From: a virus
Taxonomy: Duplodnaviria; Caudoviricetes
IMG/VR virus record: IMGVR_UViG_3300012952_000023
Location: 3,595 to 67,594 of that record
Direction: 5' to 3' (one strand)
DNA: 64,000 nt
Shown here: in pieces, positions 26,532 through 36,052 of the stretch
Position numbering within the stretch: position 1 is the stretch's first letter
Layout of the letters: every line of letters starts with the position of its first letter
Program-made: the position numbers and the translations under genes
Notes under the pieces: generated by a model
Told to the model about the DNA's origin: nothing
The model's input: only the letters and a program-made list of their open reading frames with translations
Databases searched by the model: none

Positions 26532-27157
26532 TGGCAGATCGTAAACCCATTGTCTATGTTGACGGCTACCCACAAGAGCTAGCCACTGGAGACAGGCTTG
26601 CTGGAGTAGGTGCTGTAACAGTTTCAGCCACCCAACCCAGTACGGCCACGACTGGCGATCTATGGTTGAACTCGACGACTGAAATATTAAGTGTTTACGA
26701 TGGCTCTGCGTGGACAGAACCCAACGAATCTGAATCATTTGTCAAAGTTCAAAATTCGGTTCCCAGTTCTGGAATCACTGGTCAATTATGGTTTGATACT
26801 GGCAGCAATCAACTTTACTGTAATGATGGGAATGGTTGGGAGACAGCAGAAGCTACCACTTACGCACAAGCAAACGCTCCTACTAATCCTACAGAAGGTA
26901 ATTATTGGTGGGATACGACTAACTTAAGATTGAAATTACTTTTGAGTGGAACGTGGACAGCGGTAGCTCCTAGATTTTCAAGTCAAGCTGCAACCCCTTC
27001 TACAGGAGTAGAAGCAGGGGATTGGTGGTATAACACAACTACTGGAGCCTTTAGTATGTATATAGCAGGATCTGTTAATGCTTGGACTCTCGTTAGTAGC
27101 GGGGGCGGCAGCGGAGGCGGAGGCGGCTCTATTCGTGACATCTTGGCGTTTGGTTAA
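26531..27157 (+). CDS. Tail fibre proximal/hinge protein
   Basis: Repeated P(S/T)...GxxWxD/N motifs (GDLWLNS, GQLWFDT, GNYWWDT, GDWWYNT). Confidence 0.7.
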   Translation: MADRKPIVYVDGYPQELATGDRLAGVGAVTVSATQPSTATTGDLWLNSTTEILSVYDGSAWTEPNESESFVKVQNSVPSSGITGQLWFDTGSNQLYCNDGNGWETAEATTYAQANAPTNPTEGNYWWDTTNLRLKLLLSGTWTAVAPRFSSQAATPSTGVEAGDWWYNTTTGAFSMYIAGSVNAWTLVSSGGGSGGGGGSIRDILAFG

Positions 27158-27522
27158 TGGCAGCAACATTTAAAAGCACTATTCAGGAATTTGGCACAAC
27201 TAGCTATCCCGCTGGTTTAACTAATTGCTATACAACGCCTGCATCTAAGGCATCTGTAATCGTTGGTATTTCAATTACTAATAAAAGTGCCTTCGAACTA
27301 CCAATGGATGTTTGGATCCAAAGAGATAGTACTAAGCATTACTTAGCTAAGAGCGTATACGTTCCTGCAGGCAAGGCCGTTACTCTCTCTAATGCGGAAA
27401 GAATTGTCTTGCAATCTGATGGAACTATCCATGATGCAGTGAATGCAGATGCTCCAACTGTTGACGGTAGTTCTACTAAAACCTTTTCTTGCTTGCTTTC
27501 TATCTATGAGGACGTTAACTGA
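27157..27522 (+). CDS. Tail-associated protein
   Basis: YTTPASKASVIVGISITN...IVLQSD pattern; coupled to neighbours. Confidence 0.6.
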   Translation: MAATFKSTIQEFGTTSYPAGLTNCYTTPASKASVIVGISITNKSAFELPMDVWIQRDSTKHYLAKSVYVPAGKAVTLSNAERIVLQSDGTIHDAVNADAPTVDGSSTKTFSCLLSIYEDVN

Positions 27523-27815
27523 TGAGTAAAATTCAACTAGTTAGAGAAGCTACTGAATCTCACGAAGCTCAGTTAGGTTCTTTAAATGATTTACCAGAAC
27601 CGTCGGGTAAAATTGGTTATGGTATTAAATTTGACATAGCTACTGGAGCCTTTGACGTTGTAAGACACAATGATAGTGCGGGAGAATTTATTAAACTCAA
27701 GGACGATCTTATACTTAATAATGACGACTATGTTCAGGTTGTTTGGTCAGACAAGCTTTTAGAGTTTGCTTGGAACACGACCTACCCAGGACATTTACAA
27801 GTAAAGATCGTTTAA
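27522..27815 (+). CDS. Hypothetical tail-region protein
   Basis: 97-aa coupled ORF. Confidence 0.55.
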   Translation: MSKIQLVREATESHEAQLGSLNDLPEPSGKIGYGIKFDIATGAFDVVRHNDSAGEFIKLKDDLILNNDDYVQVVWSDKLLEFAWNTTYPGHLQVKIV

Positions 27816-27821
27816 GTATTC

Positions 27822-29282
27822 ATGAGCACTATTCTTGATCTCGGTAAATTAAGATTTCTCTTTAGAGGAGTTTATGCGAACGGGACCGCATATGAAACGA
27901 ATGATGTCGTCACATACGGTGGTAACACATACGTTTACATAAGTAACACAGCAGCAGCAGGTAATGTTCCAACTACTACGGCCTATTGGTCGAAGATGGT
28001 TGACGGCCTAAGTGCTCAAGCTGGGTCTTACAATGCAGGCACAACATATCAAGCTAACGATCTTGTCAAAGTTAGTGGTATTGTCTACAGAGCCCTACAA
28101 ACTACTACGGGCAATGTTCCACCTAATGCGACTTACTGGGAAGTATTTGTAGAAGGATTTAAATATACAGGTGATTGGAGTAGTGCTACTCAGTATTACG
28201 TTAACGATATTGCAGTCTTGAATGGTATTAACTATATAGCAACTGCAAACAATTTAAATAGTGAGCCACCTAGTGCGAACTGGGCTGTCTTTGCCGCAGG
28301 TTTTCAAGATAAAGGAGACTGGGACGCAGCAGTTGATTACGAGGTAAATGACCTTGTAACTTTAAATGGTGTTATTTATCGTTGTAAAGCTGACTCAACT
28401 AATAATGAGCCACCAAACGCAACTTACTGGGTAGTCTTTGCTAAAGGTTTTAACCACACTGGTGCTTACAACGCAGCAACTGCGTATAAGATTAACGATT
28501 TATTAGAAGTTAGCGGTAGAACATATAGATGTACAGCAGCGAGTACTGGTAATGAGCCTCCTCACGCAAGCTTTTCTGTATTCGTTGATGGTTACAAGCA
28601 TAAAGGAGCTTATAACGCAGCAACTGCTTACAAAATTAACGATATTGTCGTAGTTAATGGTGTTACATATAGATGTACGGCAGCGAGTACAGGTAACGAG
28701 CCACCTCATGCAAGCTTCGAGGAATACATTGTAGGTTTCGAGCTAACAGGTGCATGGTCTAATACAACAGCTTACAAACTGAATGACTTAGCTTCTCATG
28801 GTGGAAATCTTTATAGAGCTAAAGTTGCTCATACAGGTTCTGAGCCTCCTAATGCAACTAATTGGGAGTCCTACATAGAAGGATATAATCGTCGTACTGA
28901 TAACCAAGGACTTTGGTCTACTAGTACCGCTTATGACGTGAACGATACTGTTTCTCACTTAAACCATACATATCAGTGCATTGCCGATCACACGTCGACA
29001 AGTGATTTCTATGCTGATTTTGTGACTGGTTCGAACTGGGTCAGATTAACTGCAGGACTTAAGAATAGAGGCGGTTATTCAAACGGTGTATCTTATTTTG
29101 TAAACGATATTACAACTGTTGGATCAGCTCCAAACATGGAGATGTATATCAATCTGTATGATCATGTTTCTAGTGGTGCAGCACCAACTAATGATGGTAG
29201 TAACTGGACAAAAATCCAAGATGGACAGGTCACAGCCGGTACAAGTATTAGTGCATATGCTTATTTTGTAGGCGTTCAATAA
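27822..29282 (+). CDS. Tail fibre with about 9 tandem CBM5/12-like aromatic repeats
   Basis: Roughly 47-aa repeats G(A/D)(W/Y)xxxTxYxxNDxVxxxGxxY...PP(N/H)AxxW; two copies are near-identical at DNA level. Confidence 0.75.
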   Translation: MSTILDLGKLRFLFRGVYANGTAYETNDVVTYGGNTYVYISNTAAAGNVPTTTAYWSKMVDGLSAQAGSYNAGTTYQANDLVKVSGIVYRALQTTTGNVPPNATYWEVFVEGFKYTGDWSSATQYYVNDIAVLNGINYIATANNLNSEPPSANWAVFAAGFQDKGDWDAAVDYEVNDLVTLNGVIYRCKADSTNNEPPNATYWVVFAKGFNHTGAYNAATAYKINDLLEVSGRTYRCTAASTGNEPPHASFSVFVDGYKHKGAYNAATAYKINDIVVVNGVTYRCTAASTGNEPPHASFEEYIVGFELTGAWSNTTAYKLNDLASHGGNLYRAKVAHTGSEPPNATNWESYIEGYNRRTDNQGLWSTSTAYDVNDTVSHLNHTYQCIADHTSTSDFYADFVTGSNWVRLTAGLKNRGGYSNGVSYFVNDITTVGSAPNMEMYINLYDHVSSGAAPTNDGSNWTKIQDGQVTAGTSISAYAYFVGVQ

Positions 29283-29447
29283 GTGTTATTCAAAAAAAGA
29301 AAATTTAAAGAGGCTGAAAAAGAGAAGAAGATAGCCTCTCATGGATCTACTGTCGATAAAAAAAACATGGTGAATTCTAGGAATCATCTACAGAATAAAT
29401 CTAAGCTCAGAAGAACTAGAGACATGATGGGTGACTTTGGAATTTAG
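29283..29447 (+). CDS. Small basic protein (54 aa, not in ORF track)
   Basis: The GTG directly after the upstream TAA opens VLFKKRKFKEAEKEKK...GDFGI*. Confidence 0.4.
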   Translation: MLFKKRKFKEAEKEKKIASHGSTVDKKNMVNSRNHLQNKSKLRRTRDMMGDFGI

Positions 29448-29515
29448 TCGTTATTAAATACCATCTATACTTAGGAGACGAGGCAAATGCCTACTACCCT
29501 AATTGACGACGACGC

Positions 29516-29854
29516 ATGGCATCTGGAATTAAAGGCTCATTAGACGCAGGAGCGGGTTCTCTCGATCTCACTTCTCAATGGGAGCTTGTTAAAGCAAGTA
29601 CAACAACAACTCTGATTCTTTCAGCCTGTAATAGAGCAGCAGCTGCTGATACAATCAGAATTGCTGTTATACCAGCGAGTGTAACGGCGACATCGGGTTC
29701 AGTAGCTAATGATTACTTTATAGAGTACGACTATTCTTTAGCAGCAAATTCAGCACTAGAGAGAACTGGCATTGTTCTTGAGACAGACGCAAGAATACAC
29801 GTTAGTAGTGCGGGAGGAAACGTCTCCTTCTCTTGTTATGGGCTTGAGTCCTAA
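29516..29854 (+). CDS. Tail-associated protein
   Basis: ACNR...IRIAV...IEYD..L.ANSALERTGIVL pattern of phage tail fibre adaptor-like proteins. Confidence 0.65.
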   Translation: MASGIKGSLDAGAGSLDLTSQWELVKASTTTTLILSACNRAAAADTIRIAVIPASVTATSGSVANDYFIEYDYSLAANSALERTGIVLETDARIHVSSAGGNVSFSCYGLES

Positions 29855-29887
29855 TTCATTTACATAACTACTAGGAGGTAGAAACTA

Positions 29888-31198
29888 ATGGGAAGGAAAC
29901 TCAGCTTCACAGGAATATCAGCCGGCGGCGGCGGCGGCGGCGGCGGCGGTGGTGGTGGTGCGCTCAATTGGTGGGAAGAAGTTTGGACGACGGTTGGGAC
30001 AGCGTCGTTCTGGATCAGAGGTTCTTCTTATACCAATCAGAGTTCTACGACTTACCAACGTTTTGGTGCGTTGAAGCATAAGGGTGCATTTGGCGGTGTC
30101 TTCGACCCTTGGACTACGAATAACAACGGGGGACCTTACGCTAAAGGCTTTTTTGTTAACCAAACAACTGGAGGTATTACTGAGGCCAGTGGTAGTACTA
30201 TATGGAGTCATAATTATGGTCCGACATTTACGACTTTACATAGAGGTAATGTAGGAAACGACTACGTAGTTAGAGGTGGATGTACAAATCCTAGTTACGG
30301 AGGTAGTTATAGAGATTGGTGGTACGGCTGTCGTTTTGATAGCTCTGGAAACCCCCAGTCAACCAGTTACGCTTCAGGATCTCCTAGTGGAGATTACGCA
30401 GAGCATAGTAATGGTGACCTTGCTATGGCTCAAACTAGCGTGAACGGTACGACTTATTTCAGAAGGTCTGGTTACAACAGGAATGATGGTAAATATTGGC
30501 ATAGTAGGGGTACTTTCACTGGCAATGGCGGAAGTTACAACGAATGGAGTAACCCTAGTTCGAATACATCTACCAACTACTGCACTTCTTTTACTCCTCA
30601 AGAAAGAGGTTCTAATCCTTATGGATGTATCTGGTGGTATAACAACAGTGGCAATAAGCAATGGATTGGATGCTATGGCGATGGCCTAGATCGAGGTAGT
30701 TCTACTGCTACCGGTAACACGCAGATAGGTTGGCATAGCAACTGTCACGGTTTCGTGATGAGTAATAACAAGGTTTTAATGTCGAATGGTGGTAGTGCTT
30801 CAAACACTGGGTTGATGGATACAACGAACGGAAACCACAGCAACATGCCCAGCGGCGCTTCTTATGGTGCTTTAGCTCTGTGTCAACATTCAGACTATTC
30901 CCAGTCAGCCCATTTACCAAGACCTACATGGCCTGAGGTAGCAGATACATGGCTGATGTCAGCGCAGGGTAAGGGCTATTGTGCTATCAAGATTAATCCA
31001 ACGACATGCGTTGTAACTATAGTGACGGCTAAAGATACAATCATGGCAGGTTTAGGTTCTAGTCCTCCATCTAGATCCAGCCAATGCACGTCTATCACAG
31101 GATCTACAAACCAGTACTTTGTTTATGCTGATGTTACAGGTTCCAAGGCAAACATAACTGTATTCCAGAATCCTTTCAAGGATCTTGATATGAGCTGA
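29888..31198 (+). CDS. Putative receptor-binding/distal tail fibre protein
   Basis: Short N-terminal anchor, Gly12 linker, then an aromatic G/S/N/T-rich domain; followed by an assembly chaperone-like gene. Confidence 0.6.
   Translation: MGRKLSFTGISAGGGGGGGGGGGGALNWWEEVWTTVGTASFWIRGSSYTNQSSTTYQRFGALKHKGAFGGVFDPWTTNNNGGPYAKGFFVNQTTGGITEASGSTIWSHNYGPTFTTLHRGNVGNDYVVRGGCTNPSYGGSYRDWWYGCRFDSSGNPQSTSYASGSPSGDYAEHSNGDLAMAQTSVNGTTYFRRSGYNRNDGKYWHSRGTFTGNGGSYNEWSNPSSNTSTNYCTSFTPQERGSNPYGCIWWYNNSGNKQWIGCYGDGLDRGSSTATGNTQIGWHSNCHGFVMSNNKVLMSNGGSASNTGLMDTTNGNHSNMPSGASYGALALCQHSDYSQSAHLPRPTWPEVADTWLMSAQGKGYCAIKINPTTCVVTIVTAKDTIMAGLGSSPPSRSSQCTSITGSTNQYFVYADVTGSKANITVFQNPFKDLDMS
29924..29959 (+). repeat. 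(GGC)8(GGT)4 triplet repeat encoding Gly12
   Basis: Read directly from the sequence. Confidence 0.9.
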
Positions 31199-31236
31199 AT
31201 ATGATCTTTTATACTATTAACAAGAGACATTAGATT

Positions 31237-31500
31237 ATGGCAACTATTACAGCAGCTCAACTAAGATCAGAAAGAAATACTCGTTTAGCAGCGAGTGATT
31301 ATTTAACTTCTCCAGATCTGTACGATACGTACGCGCCAGGATCTCAGACAATGCTAATTGATTATCGTCAAAAGCTTAGAGATTTACCTGCTTTACATGC
31401 TGCAGAAGGAGATTCAATCGACGATACTGGCATTCAATGGCCAGAGAAGCCTATGATTTCTATACTAGAAGGTGGACCTGCTAAGCAATTACCTGCTTAG
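31237..31500 (+). CDS. Tail fibre assembly chaperone-like protein
   Basis: LRSERNTRLAASDY...YRQKLRDLP...WPEKP motif. Confidence 0.75.
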   Translation: MATITAAQLRSERNTRLAASDYLTSPDLYDTYAPGSQTMLIDYRQKLRDLPALHAAEGDSIDDTGIQWPEKPMISILEGGPAKQLPA

Positions 31501-31552
31501 GTAGCTATTTAACTGAAACCTTAGTACAATCTGGTAGCTAAAAATAGAAGCT

Positions 31553-31780
31553 ATGCAGACTGCAGAATTTGGCACAAAAGAATGGGTTCGAGAGAACCAA
31601 AATCGTGTTGATTATATGAATTTTTTATATGATCATTTCGATAGAGATCATGCACCTATAGGTTTAAGGCATACTTTTACAGGGCTTGCGAAGTTACGTG
31701 CAGAAGAATTAGGTAGACCTTTAGTAGAAGATGAAGTTAAAGTATGGGACATACTGAATAGTACTGTAGGTGCAAATTAG
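31553..31780 (+). CDS. Hypothetical protein
   Basis: 75-aa ORF with an upstream TACAAT. Confidence 0.55.
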   Translation: MQTAEFGTKEWVRENQNRVDYMNFLYDHFDRDHAPIGLRHTFTGLAKLRAEELGRPLVEDEVKVWDILNSTVGAN

Positions 31781-31961
31781 CAGTCCTTCTCAGGAATTAA
31801 ATTCTATCGTGGCAACACGAGATTTTCTTCTGAGGCTTACTGATACCAAGGAATCTCCACGAATTCCTGGTGAAGTCAGGCGAGAAGCTAGAGCTTTGTT
31901 GCGTCATTATCCGCCTACTTATCGGTTAAAACCGTTACTAGAAGAGGCATTATATAAATAA
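31770..31961 (+). CDS. BPSL0761-like protein
   Basis: TRDFLLRL...PRIPGEVRREARALLRHYP. Confidence 0.65.
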   Translation: MQISSPSQELNSIVATRDFLLRLTDTKESPRIPGEVRREARALLRHYPPTYRLKPLLEEALYK

Positions 31962-31977
31962 CAACTACAATAGGTAG

Positions 31978-32133
31978 ATGGACTTACTATCTGAGTCTGA
32001 TAGAGAAAGGCGGAAAGAATTACGTCGCATTATCGATGCTTGGGGTACTCCTCGTGCATACGATAAGGAATCTACTATCGAGGCTCAGAAACAATATATC
32101 CAACTTCAAATGAAATCTTCGGGGAGACTCTAA
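31978..32133 (+). CDS. Small hypothetical protein (51 aa, not in ORF track)
   Basis: MDLLSESDRERRKELRRIIDAWG...; AGGT SD; fills the gap exactly. Confidence 0.5.
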   Translation: MDLLSESDRERRKELRRIIDAWGTPRAYDKESTIEAQKQYIQLQMKSSGRL

Positions 32134-32136
32134 GTT

Positions 32137-33009
32137 ATGGTAATGCTGGCTGAAGATGGCTTCAGAAATGCCGCTGTACCTAGTTCTGGTCCAGTCTTAA
32201 AGGATCTACTAGAGAGTCCTGCCAACAGATTTGCGGCCACCCCAGAGGCTAAAGGATTAATAGAGAATGCACTAGCTGGAAATTACACAGGTAGAGGTAG
32301 CTTCGGCTTGAATGAAGACGGCACAACTGGAGTACCAGAAGGAAGTGATTGGGGAAGTGATGTTGATGAAGACGAATTACTAAAGCTATTAGGTGGAGGT
32401 GATATTCAAGCTAATACGGGTGGCTCTGCTTACGACAAATTAGATAAGGAATATCAAGATAAAATTAATGCCCCCGGCAGCTCTATTGACGATGTAGAGG
32501 CTGATAAAATTCGTGAAATACTTAGAAATAATGAGGATAAATTTAAAGCCTCAGATTTCAATGAAACATTAATAGCTAATGCAGACACAGGAGCTGCACC
32601 TATTGGTGCTTATAAAGGGGGAGATGAAAAGATAGCTGTAGGACCTTACCAACCAGATGATCAGGCTGGTCGAATGTGGGAAAATTTCTTACAACAATCA
32701 GGTGGTAAAACTCCTTTTAATTATGAAATAAATCTTGGGGACAAAGGATTAGAAAGTATTGGCGCGGATGCAACTATTACAGGAGATAAAGGAGGTCAAT
32801 GGTCAGCACAAGGATCATATGATTTTCCTACTAATCAAGAAGTGATGGGACCATTCGGAGGAGAAACTATTAATATTCCAGGGTCAATATCAGGAGGAAT
32901 ACAATATACAGATCCTAATAATAAATGGACAGGAAGTATTAATTACAACAAGAGAAACATGGGCATGCCTCCAGGTGCTTTCGGAGCTGAGTTTGGAGCA
33001 CAGTTCTAA
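32137..33009 (+). CDS. Hypothetical acidic Gly-rich protein
   Basis: 290-aa ORF. Confidence 0.6.
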   Translation: MVMLAEDGFRNAAVPSSGPVLKDLLESPANRFAATPEAKGLIENALAGNYTGRGSFGLNEDGTTGVPEGSDWGSDVDEDELLKLLGGGDIQANTGGSAYDKLDKEYQDKINAPGSSIDDVEADKIREILRNNEDKFKASDFNETLIANADTGAAPIGAYKGGDEKIAVGPYQPDDQAGRMWENFLQQSGGKTPFNYEINLGDKGLESIGADATITGDKGGQWSAQGSYDFPTNQEVMGPFGGETINIPGSISGGIQYTDPNNKWTGSINYNKRNMGMPPGAFGAEFGAQF

Positions 33010-33152
33010 TCACAAAGACACAGAAATATAGTTTAAAATTAGTAAAACTTGCTCAGAAAGCAGAACAATGTTCTTCTCGAGAGGAAGCAAGGAAAATTTT
33101 ACGTAAAACTAAAAAAACCAAAAAGAAATTATTTGAATTAACTAATGAATGA
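33009..33152 (+). CDS. Possible 47-aa basic protein with a non-canonical ATC start, or a start-codon mutant
   Basis: Open frame ITKTQKYSLKLVKLAQKAEQCSSREEARKILRK...; GGAG lies upstream and the stop overlaps the next ATG. Confidence 0.3.
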   Translation: MTKTQKYSLKLVKLAQKAEQCSSREEARKILRKTKKTKKKLFELTNE

Positions 33153-33288
33153 TTTTCAGCTAGCTGTTCTTTATTGTTATTTACCTTTTATTGTTTTTAT
33201 TACTTTTTATTATTTAATAGAGCTAAATGACGACGATGACGACGATGACGATAAAGGTACTTTAGTTCCTGCTTATTACTCTGCTTAA
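33145..33288 (+). CDS. Small membrane peptide with a poly-Asp tail (47 aa, not in ORF track)
   Basis: MNDFQLAVLYCYLPFIVFITFYYLIELN-D8-KGTLVPAYYSA; TM plus acidic tract, a type seen in picocyanobacteria and their phages. Confidence 0.6.
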   Translation: MNDFQLAVLYCYLPFIVFITFYYLIELNDDDDDDDDKGTLVPAYYSA

Positions 33289-33293
33289 TGTGA

Positions 33294-33440
33294 TTATTGC
33301 TTTACGCAATTGTCAACAGTTTTTCCGTTCTTCTGTTTAGTCCCCATTAATTTATAACCATCCCAGCAAGCTTTTCCGTCTAAGCCTTTTTTCTTAGAGT
33401 GCTTTTCTGCTCGAGATTTAGCTTCTTGTCGTTTATTCAT
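33294..33440 (-). CDS. Small basic Cys protein (48 aa, not in ORF track)
   Basis: ...KACWDGYKLMGTKQKNGKTVDNCVKQ, a CWxGY...NCV motif common in marine phage proteins; start overlaps the upstream stop. Confidence 0.6.
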   Translation of the reverse strand: MNKRQEAKSRAEKHSKKKGLDGKACWDGYKLMGTKQKNGKTVDNCVKQ

Positions 33441-33724
33441 TACCAACTCCAATTACATGACCAGTACCCTGGTTTTGTTTTGTCTTTCTTTTCGTCGCAG
33501 TTGTGTCTGCTTTTGAAGTTTGCTCTACGTTTGGAATCACCATGTCCTCCTTTTCCTTTAGAACCTTCCTTGTAATGCTGCATGTTAGGGTCTCCAAAAC
33601 GTACAATTTTATCTTTATCTCCGTCTTTCACTAAAACTGCAAATTTCTTAGAGCCACCTTTTGTTTTCTTAGGTTTGTTATACCCTTGAAAAATTTCACC
33701 AGCGTAACGAATTGTTTTTGCCAC
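33440..33724 (-). CDS. Small basic conserved phage protein
   Basis: KKFAVLV...KIVRFGDPNM...RRANFKSRHNC...PGYWSCNWSW. Confidence 0.65.
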   Translation of the reverse strand: MAKTIRYAGEIFQGYNKPKKTKGGSKKFAVLVKDGDKDKIVRFGDPNMQHYKEGSKGKGGHGDSKRRANFKSRHNCDEKKDKTKPGYWSCNWSW

Positions 33725-33828
33725 AAGCAGAAACTAATAGTCGTAATTACTATTGTAAAGCTTTTGTAAAACCAAAAAAATTAATCCCTCTCAGGAGAAA
33801 TTAAGGTAGGACTAATTGATATTGGTGT

Positions 33829-34332
33829 ATGACACCCGAGCGATGGGAGGCTTACATGTACGGCCTCATCGACTTGTCCCCAGGATCCGCCAGAAGGCGT
33901 TTCCGACAATCAATCAAAGATGAATGGGGGTGTTGTGCCTATTGTGGTAGAGAACCGATAGAAGGCGATCAGTCATCTTTGATGACTTTAGATCACATTA
34001 AGCCAAGATTCTTCGGAGGCAGTAGCTTAAGGTCTAACCTTATCCCTGCTTGTACTAGCTGCAACAAGGACAAGGGAAGTATCCGCTACTGGAGGCACTG
34101 GTATGAAAAACAGGATTTTTACTGTCCTGCAAAAGCAGCCAGAATTGAAACATGGATGCAACCTGAATCGATAGGAGGTAACAATGGACGAGGGCTTAAC
34201 TATCGAACAGCAATACCAACTAAGGAAGCTGGCTCTCGAGATCGAGAATTACTCTCGAGAAGAACTGAAAGAGGAATTACTTGCTTGTTGGGAGGAGAAA
34301 TTTCAGCAGAAGCAATGCTTTCTCTCGCTTAG
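33829..34332 (+). CDS. HNH endonuclease
   Basis: CAYCG...TLDHIKPRFFGG...NLIPACTSCNKDKG. Confidence 0.88.
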   Translation: MTPERWEAYMYGLIDLSPGSARRRFRQSIKDEWGCCAYCGREPIEGDQSSLMTLDHIKPRFFGGSSLRSNLIPACTSCNKDKGSIRYWRHWYEKQDFYCPAKAARIETWMQPESIGGNNGRGLNYRTAIPTKEAGSRDRELLSRRTERGITCLLGGEISAEAMLSLA

Positions 34333-34525
34333 TCAAGAAGCAGGTATCATTTTTAAATTAGATGATTATCATCCTGCTTCTATCCCAATGAGTGAAGAGG
34401 AGTTTAAAGGTGTTTTCGGGTACGAACCTACTACTGAGGAGAAAGTGCAATATGTGCAGAATTTATATGAAGAAGTAGAACCAGAGTTAGATATGGATGA
34501 AATCGTGCTTGATTCTGAAGATTAA
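34184..34525 (+). CDS. Hypothetical acidic protein
   Basis: 113-aa ORF with GGAGG SD, overlapping the HNH 3' end. Confidence 0.6.
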   Translation: MDEGLTIEQQYQLRKLALEIENYSREELKEELLACWEEKFQQKQCFLSLSQEAGIIFKLDDYHPASIPMSEEEFKGVFGYEPTTEEKVQYVQNLYEEVEPELDMDEIVLDSED

Positions 34526-34559
34526 TCATATACAATCAAGTAACTACATGTAGAGTTTT

Positions 34560-34931
34560 ATGGAAGCGGTTATTGCAGGTGCTATTGCTGCGGTCGTGGG
34601 GCTTGTATCAGGACAAGCTGTGAGTATTCGTTTATCCAGTACCAAAGGAAAAGATGCAGCTCGTATAGCAGCTTTAGAACAAACCGTAACTCAAATGATT
34701 ACAAGAGAGGAAGTACAAAATGCTTTTGCTCAAGTTGCAAAGATTGAAGCTGAGAAACAAAAAGCAGTCATGATGGCTCCTCCTAATGTTTCTTTCGAGG
34801 AAGCAGTTCTAAGCAGGCAGCAGAATATTCAAAGAGCAGCAGCTCAAACTGATCAAGTGAATCAGCAAATGAATCAACAATTAGCAGCTTTGCAATCTCG
34901 CCTAAAGGAGATACAGTCTGGACAGTCTTAA
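34560..34931 (+). CDS. Membrane-anchored coiled-coil protein
   Basis: N-terminal hydrophobic helix and Q-rich coil. Confidence 0.6.
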   Translation: MEAVIAGAIAAVVGLVSGQAVSIRLSSTKGKDAARIAALEQTVTQMITREEVQNAFAQVAKIEAEKQKAVMMAPPNVSFEEAVLSRQQNIQRAAAQTDQVNQQMNQQLAALQSRLKEIQSGQS

Positions 34932-34938
34932 TTTTCAT

Positions 34939-35151
34939 ATGTCTGAAACAACAATTAAGTTCAGAATTGATCAAAATGGCAACGTAAAGGAAGAAGTTAT
35001 AGGTGTTGTGTGCAGTAATTGTACTGACATAACCCAACAAGTAGAAAAGGACTTAGGCTCAGTCATATCAAGGACTTTAAAAGGAGAATATTATCAACCT
35101 TGCACTATAAATCAGACCGACCAGAAAGAAATAGTGGCACAAACAGAGTAA
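34939..35151 (+). CDS. DUF2997-like protein
   Basis: IKFRIDQNGNVKEEVIGVVCSNCTDITQQVEKDLG...EYYQ. Confidence 0.7.
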   Translation: MSETTIKFRIDQNGNVKEEVIGVVCSNCTDITQQVEKDLGSVISRTLKGEYYQPCTINQTDQKEIVAQTE

Positions 35152-35204
35152 AACTACCTATTACAGGCACTAATATAAAGGTTTATTTACTCACTTGAGT
35201 ACTC

Positions 35205-35570
35205 ATGATTAAGTCTGCTCTTATAGCTGCAGCATCTTCTATAGCTATCTCTCCAGCTGTATTGGCTGGTCCTTATGTCAACGTTGAAACTAACGCTGGC
35301 TGGTTAGACAAAGAATTTGTTGCTGCTGTTACTGATATTCATTTCGGTGTAGAAGGCGAGAACGGAGCTTGGAACTACTACGCACAAGGTGGTCCTGCTT
35401 ACGTTAAGGTTGCTGACGTTGATGGAGAAGTTCGTCTTTCAGGTAAAGCTGGTGGTGGATATGCTATCTCCGAGTCTGTAGGCGTTTACGGTGAATTATC
35501 TGCTTTGACTGGCGAAGATAAGGAAGATTTTTCAACAGGCGGTAAACTAGGTCTTAAGTACAAGTTCTAG
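35205..35570 (+). CDS. Cyanophage-type small outer-membrane beta-barrel protein
   Basis: Signal peptide, GPYVNVETNAGW, amphipathic strands and terminal KLGLKYKF (OMP C-terminal Phe signature). Confidence 0.72.
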   Translation: MIKSALIAAASSIAISPAVLAGPYVNVETNAGWLDKEFVAAVTDIHFGVEGENGAWNYYAQGGPAYVKVADVDGEVRLSGKAGGGYAISESVGVYGELSALTGEDKEDFSTGGKLGLKYKF

Positions 35571-35575
35571 TCCCC

Positions 35576-35830
35576 ATGAACCAGAAGATATTCAATATCT
35601 TCGCTGTTACCAGCCTCGCACTTTCTGGCAGTCTTGCCGTCGGTGTGGTGGCTGGTATTTTTTATGTCAGAAGTGACGCAGCGAAAGAAGCAGTGAAGTC
35701 TCGCTTAATGGAGCTGATTACTCCTGATATCGATGGGCAAATGATGAAAGCAGTGCCTGATATAGGCAATGCAACATTAGATGCAATCACATTCCCCGAT
35801 ATGACAGGTCCTGTAGCACCAAAACTTTAG
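35576..35830 (+). CDS. Small membrane protein
   Basis: N-terminal TM helix. Confidence 0.55.
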   Translation: MNQKIFNIFAVTSLALSGSLAVGVVAGIFYVRSDAAKEAVKSRLMELITPDIDGQMMKAVPDIGNATLDAITFPDMTGPVAPKL

Positions 35831-35845
35831 ACTAAACGTATCAAC

Positions 35846-36052
35846 ATGATTGCTACGCTTGTGACTCTTGATGTCATTGATGTAGGAGAACATGAATTCA
35901 TCTATAAACGACTAGATGGTTCATACTATGCTTTACGTGTACGAGCAGGCCAAGCGGATGAGATTATCGAATTGGGTGATATCCCTCCTGAAAGGCATTT
36001 ACGTCAAGAACAAATAGATCATGGGGACAATCAAAATCCCGAACGTTTATAG
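35846..36052 (+). CDS. Hypothetical protein
   Basis: 68-aa ORF. Confidence 0.4.
   Translation: MIATLVTLDVIDVGEHEFIYKRLDGSYYALRVRAGQADEIIELGDIPPERHLRQEQIDHGDNQNPERL

Noticed and set aside
29489-29545. AGGAG-preceded uORF MPTTLIDDDAWHLELKAH* overlapping the start of 29516..29854
   Set aside because: Too short, with no motif; it may be chance, and it cannot be supported without conservation data
27822-31198. Diversity-generating retroelement (TR/VR pair) in the fibre genes
   Set aside because: The repeats are in-frame protein repeats differing at synonymous sites rather than only at adenines, and no reverse transcriptase is seen in the window
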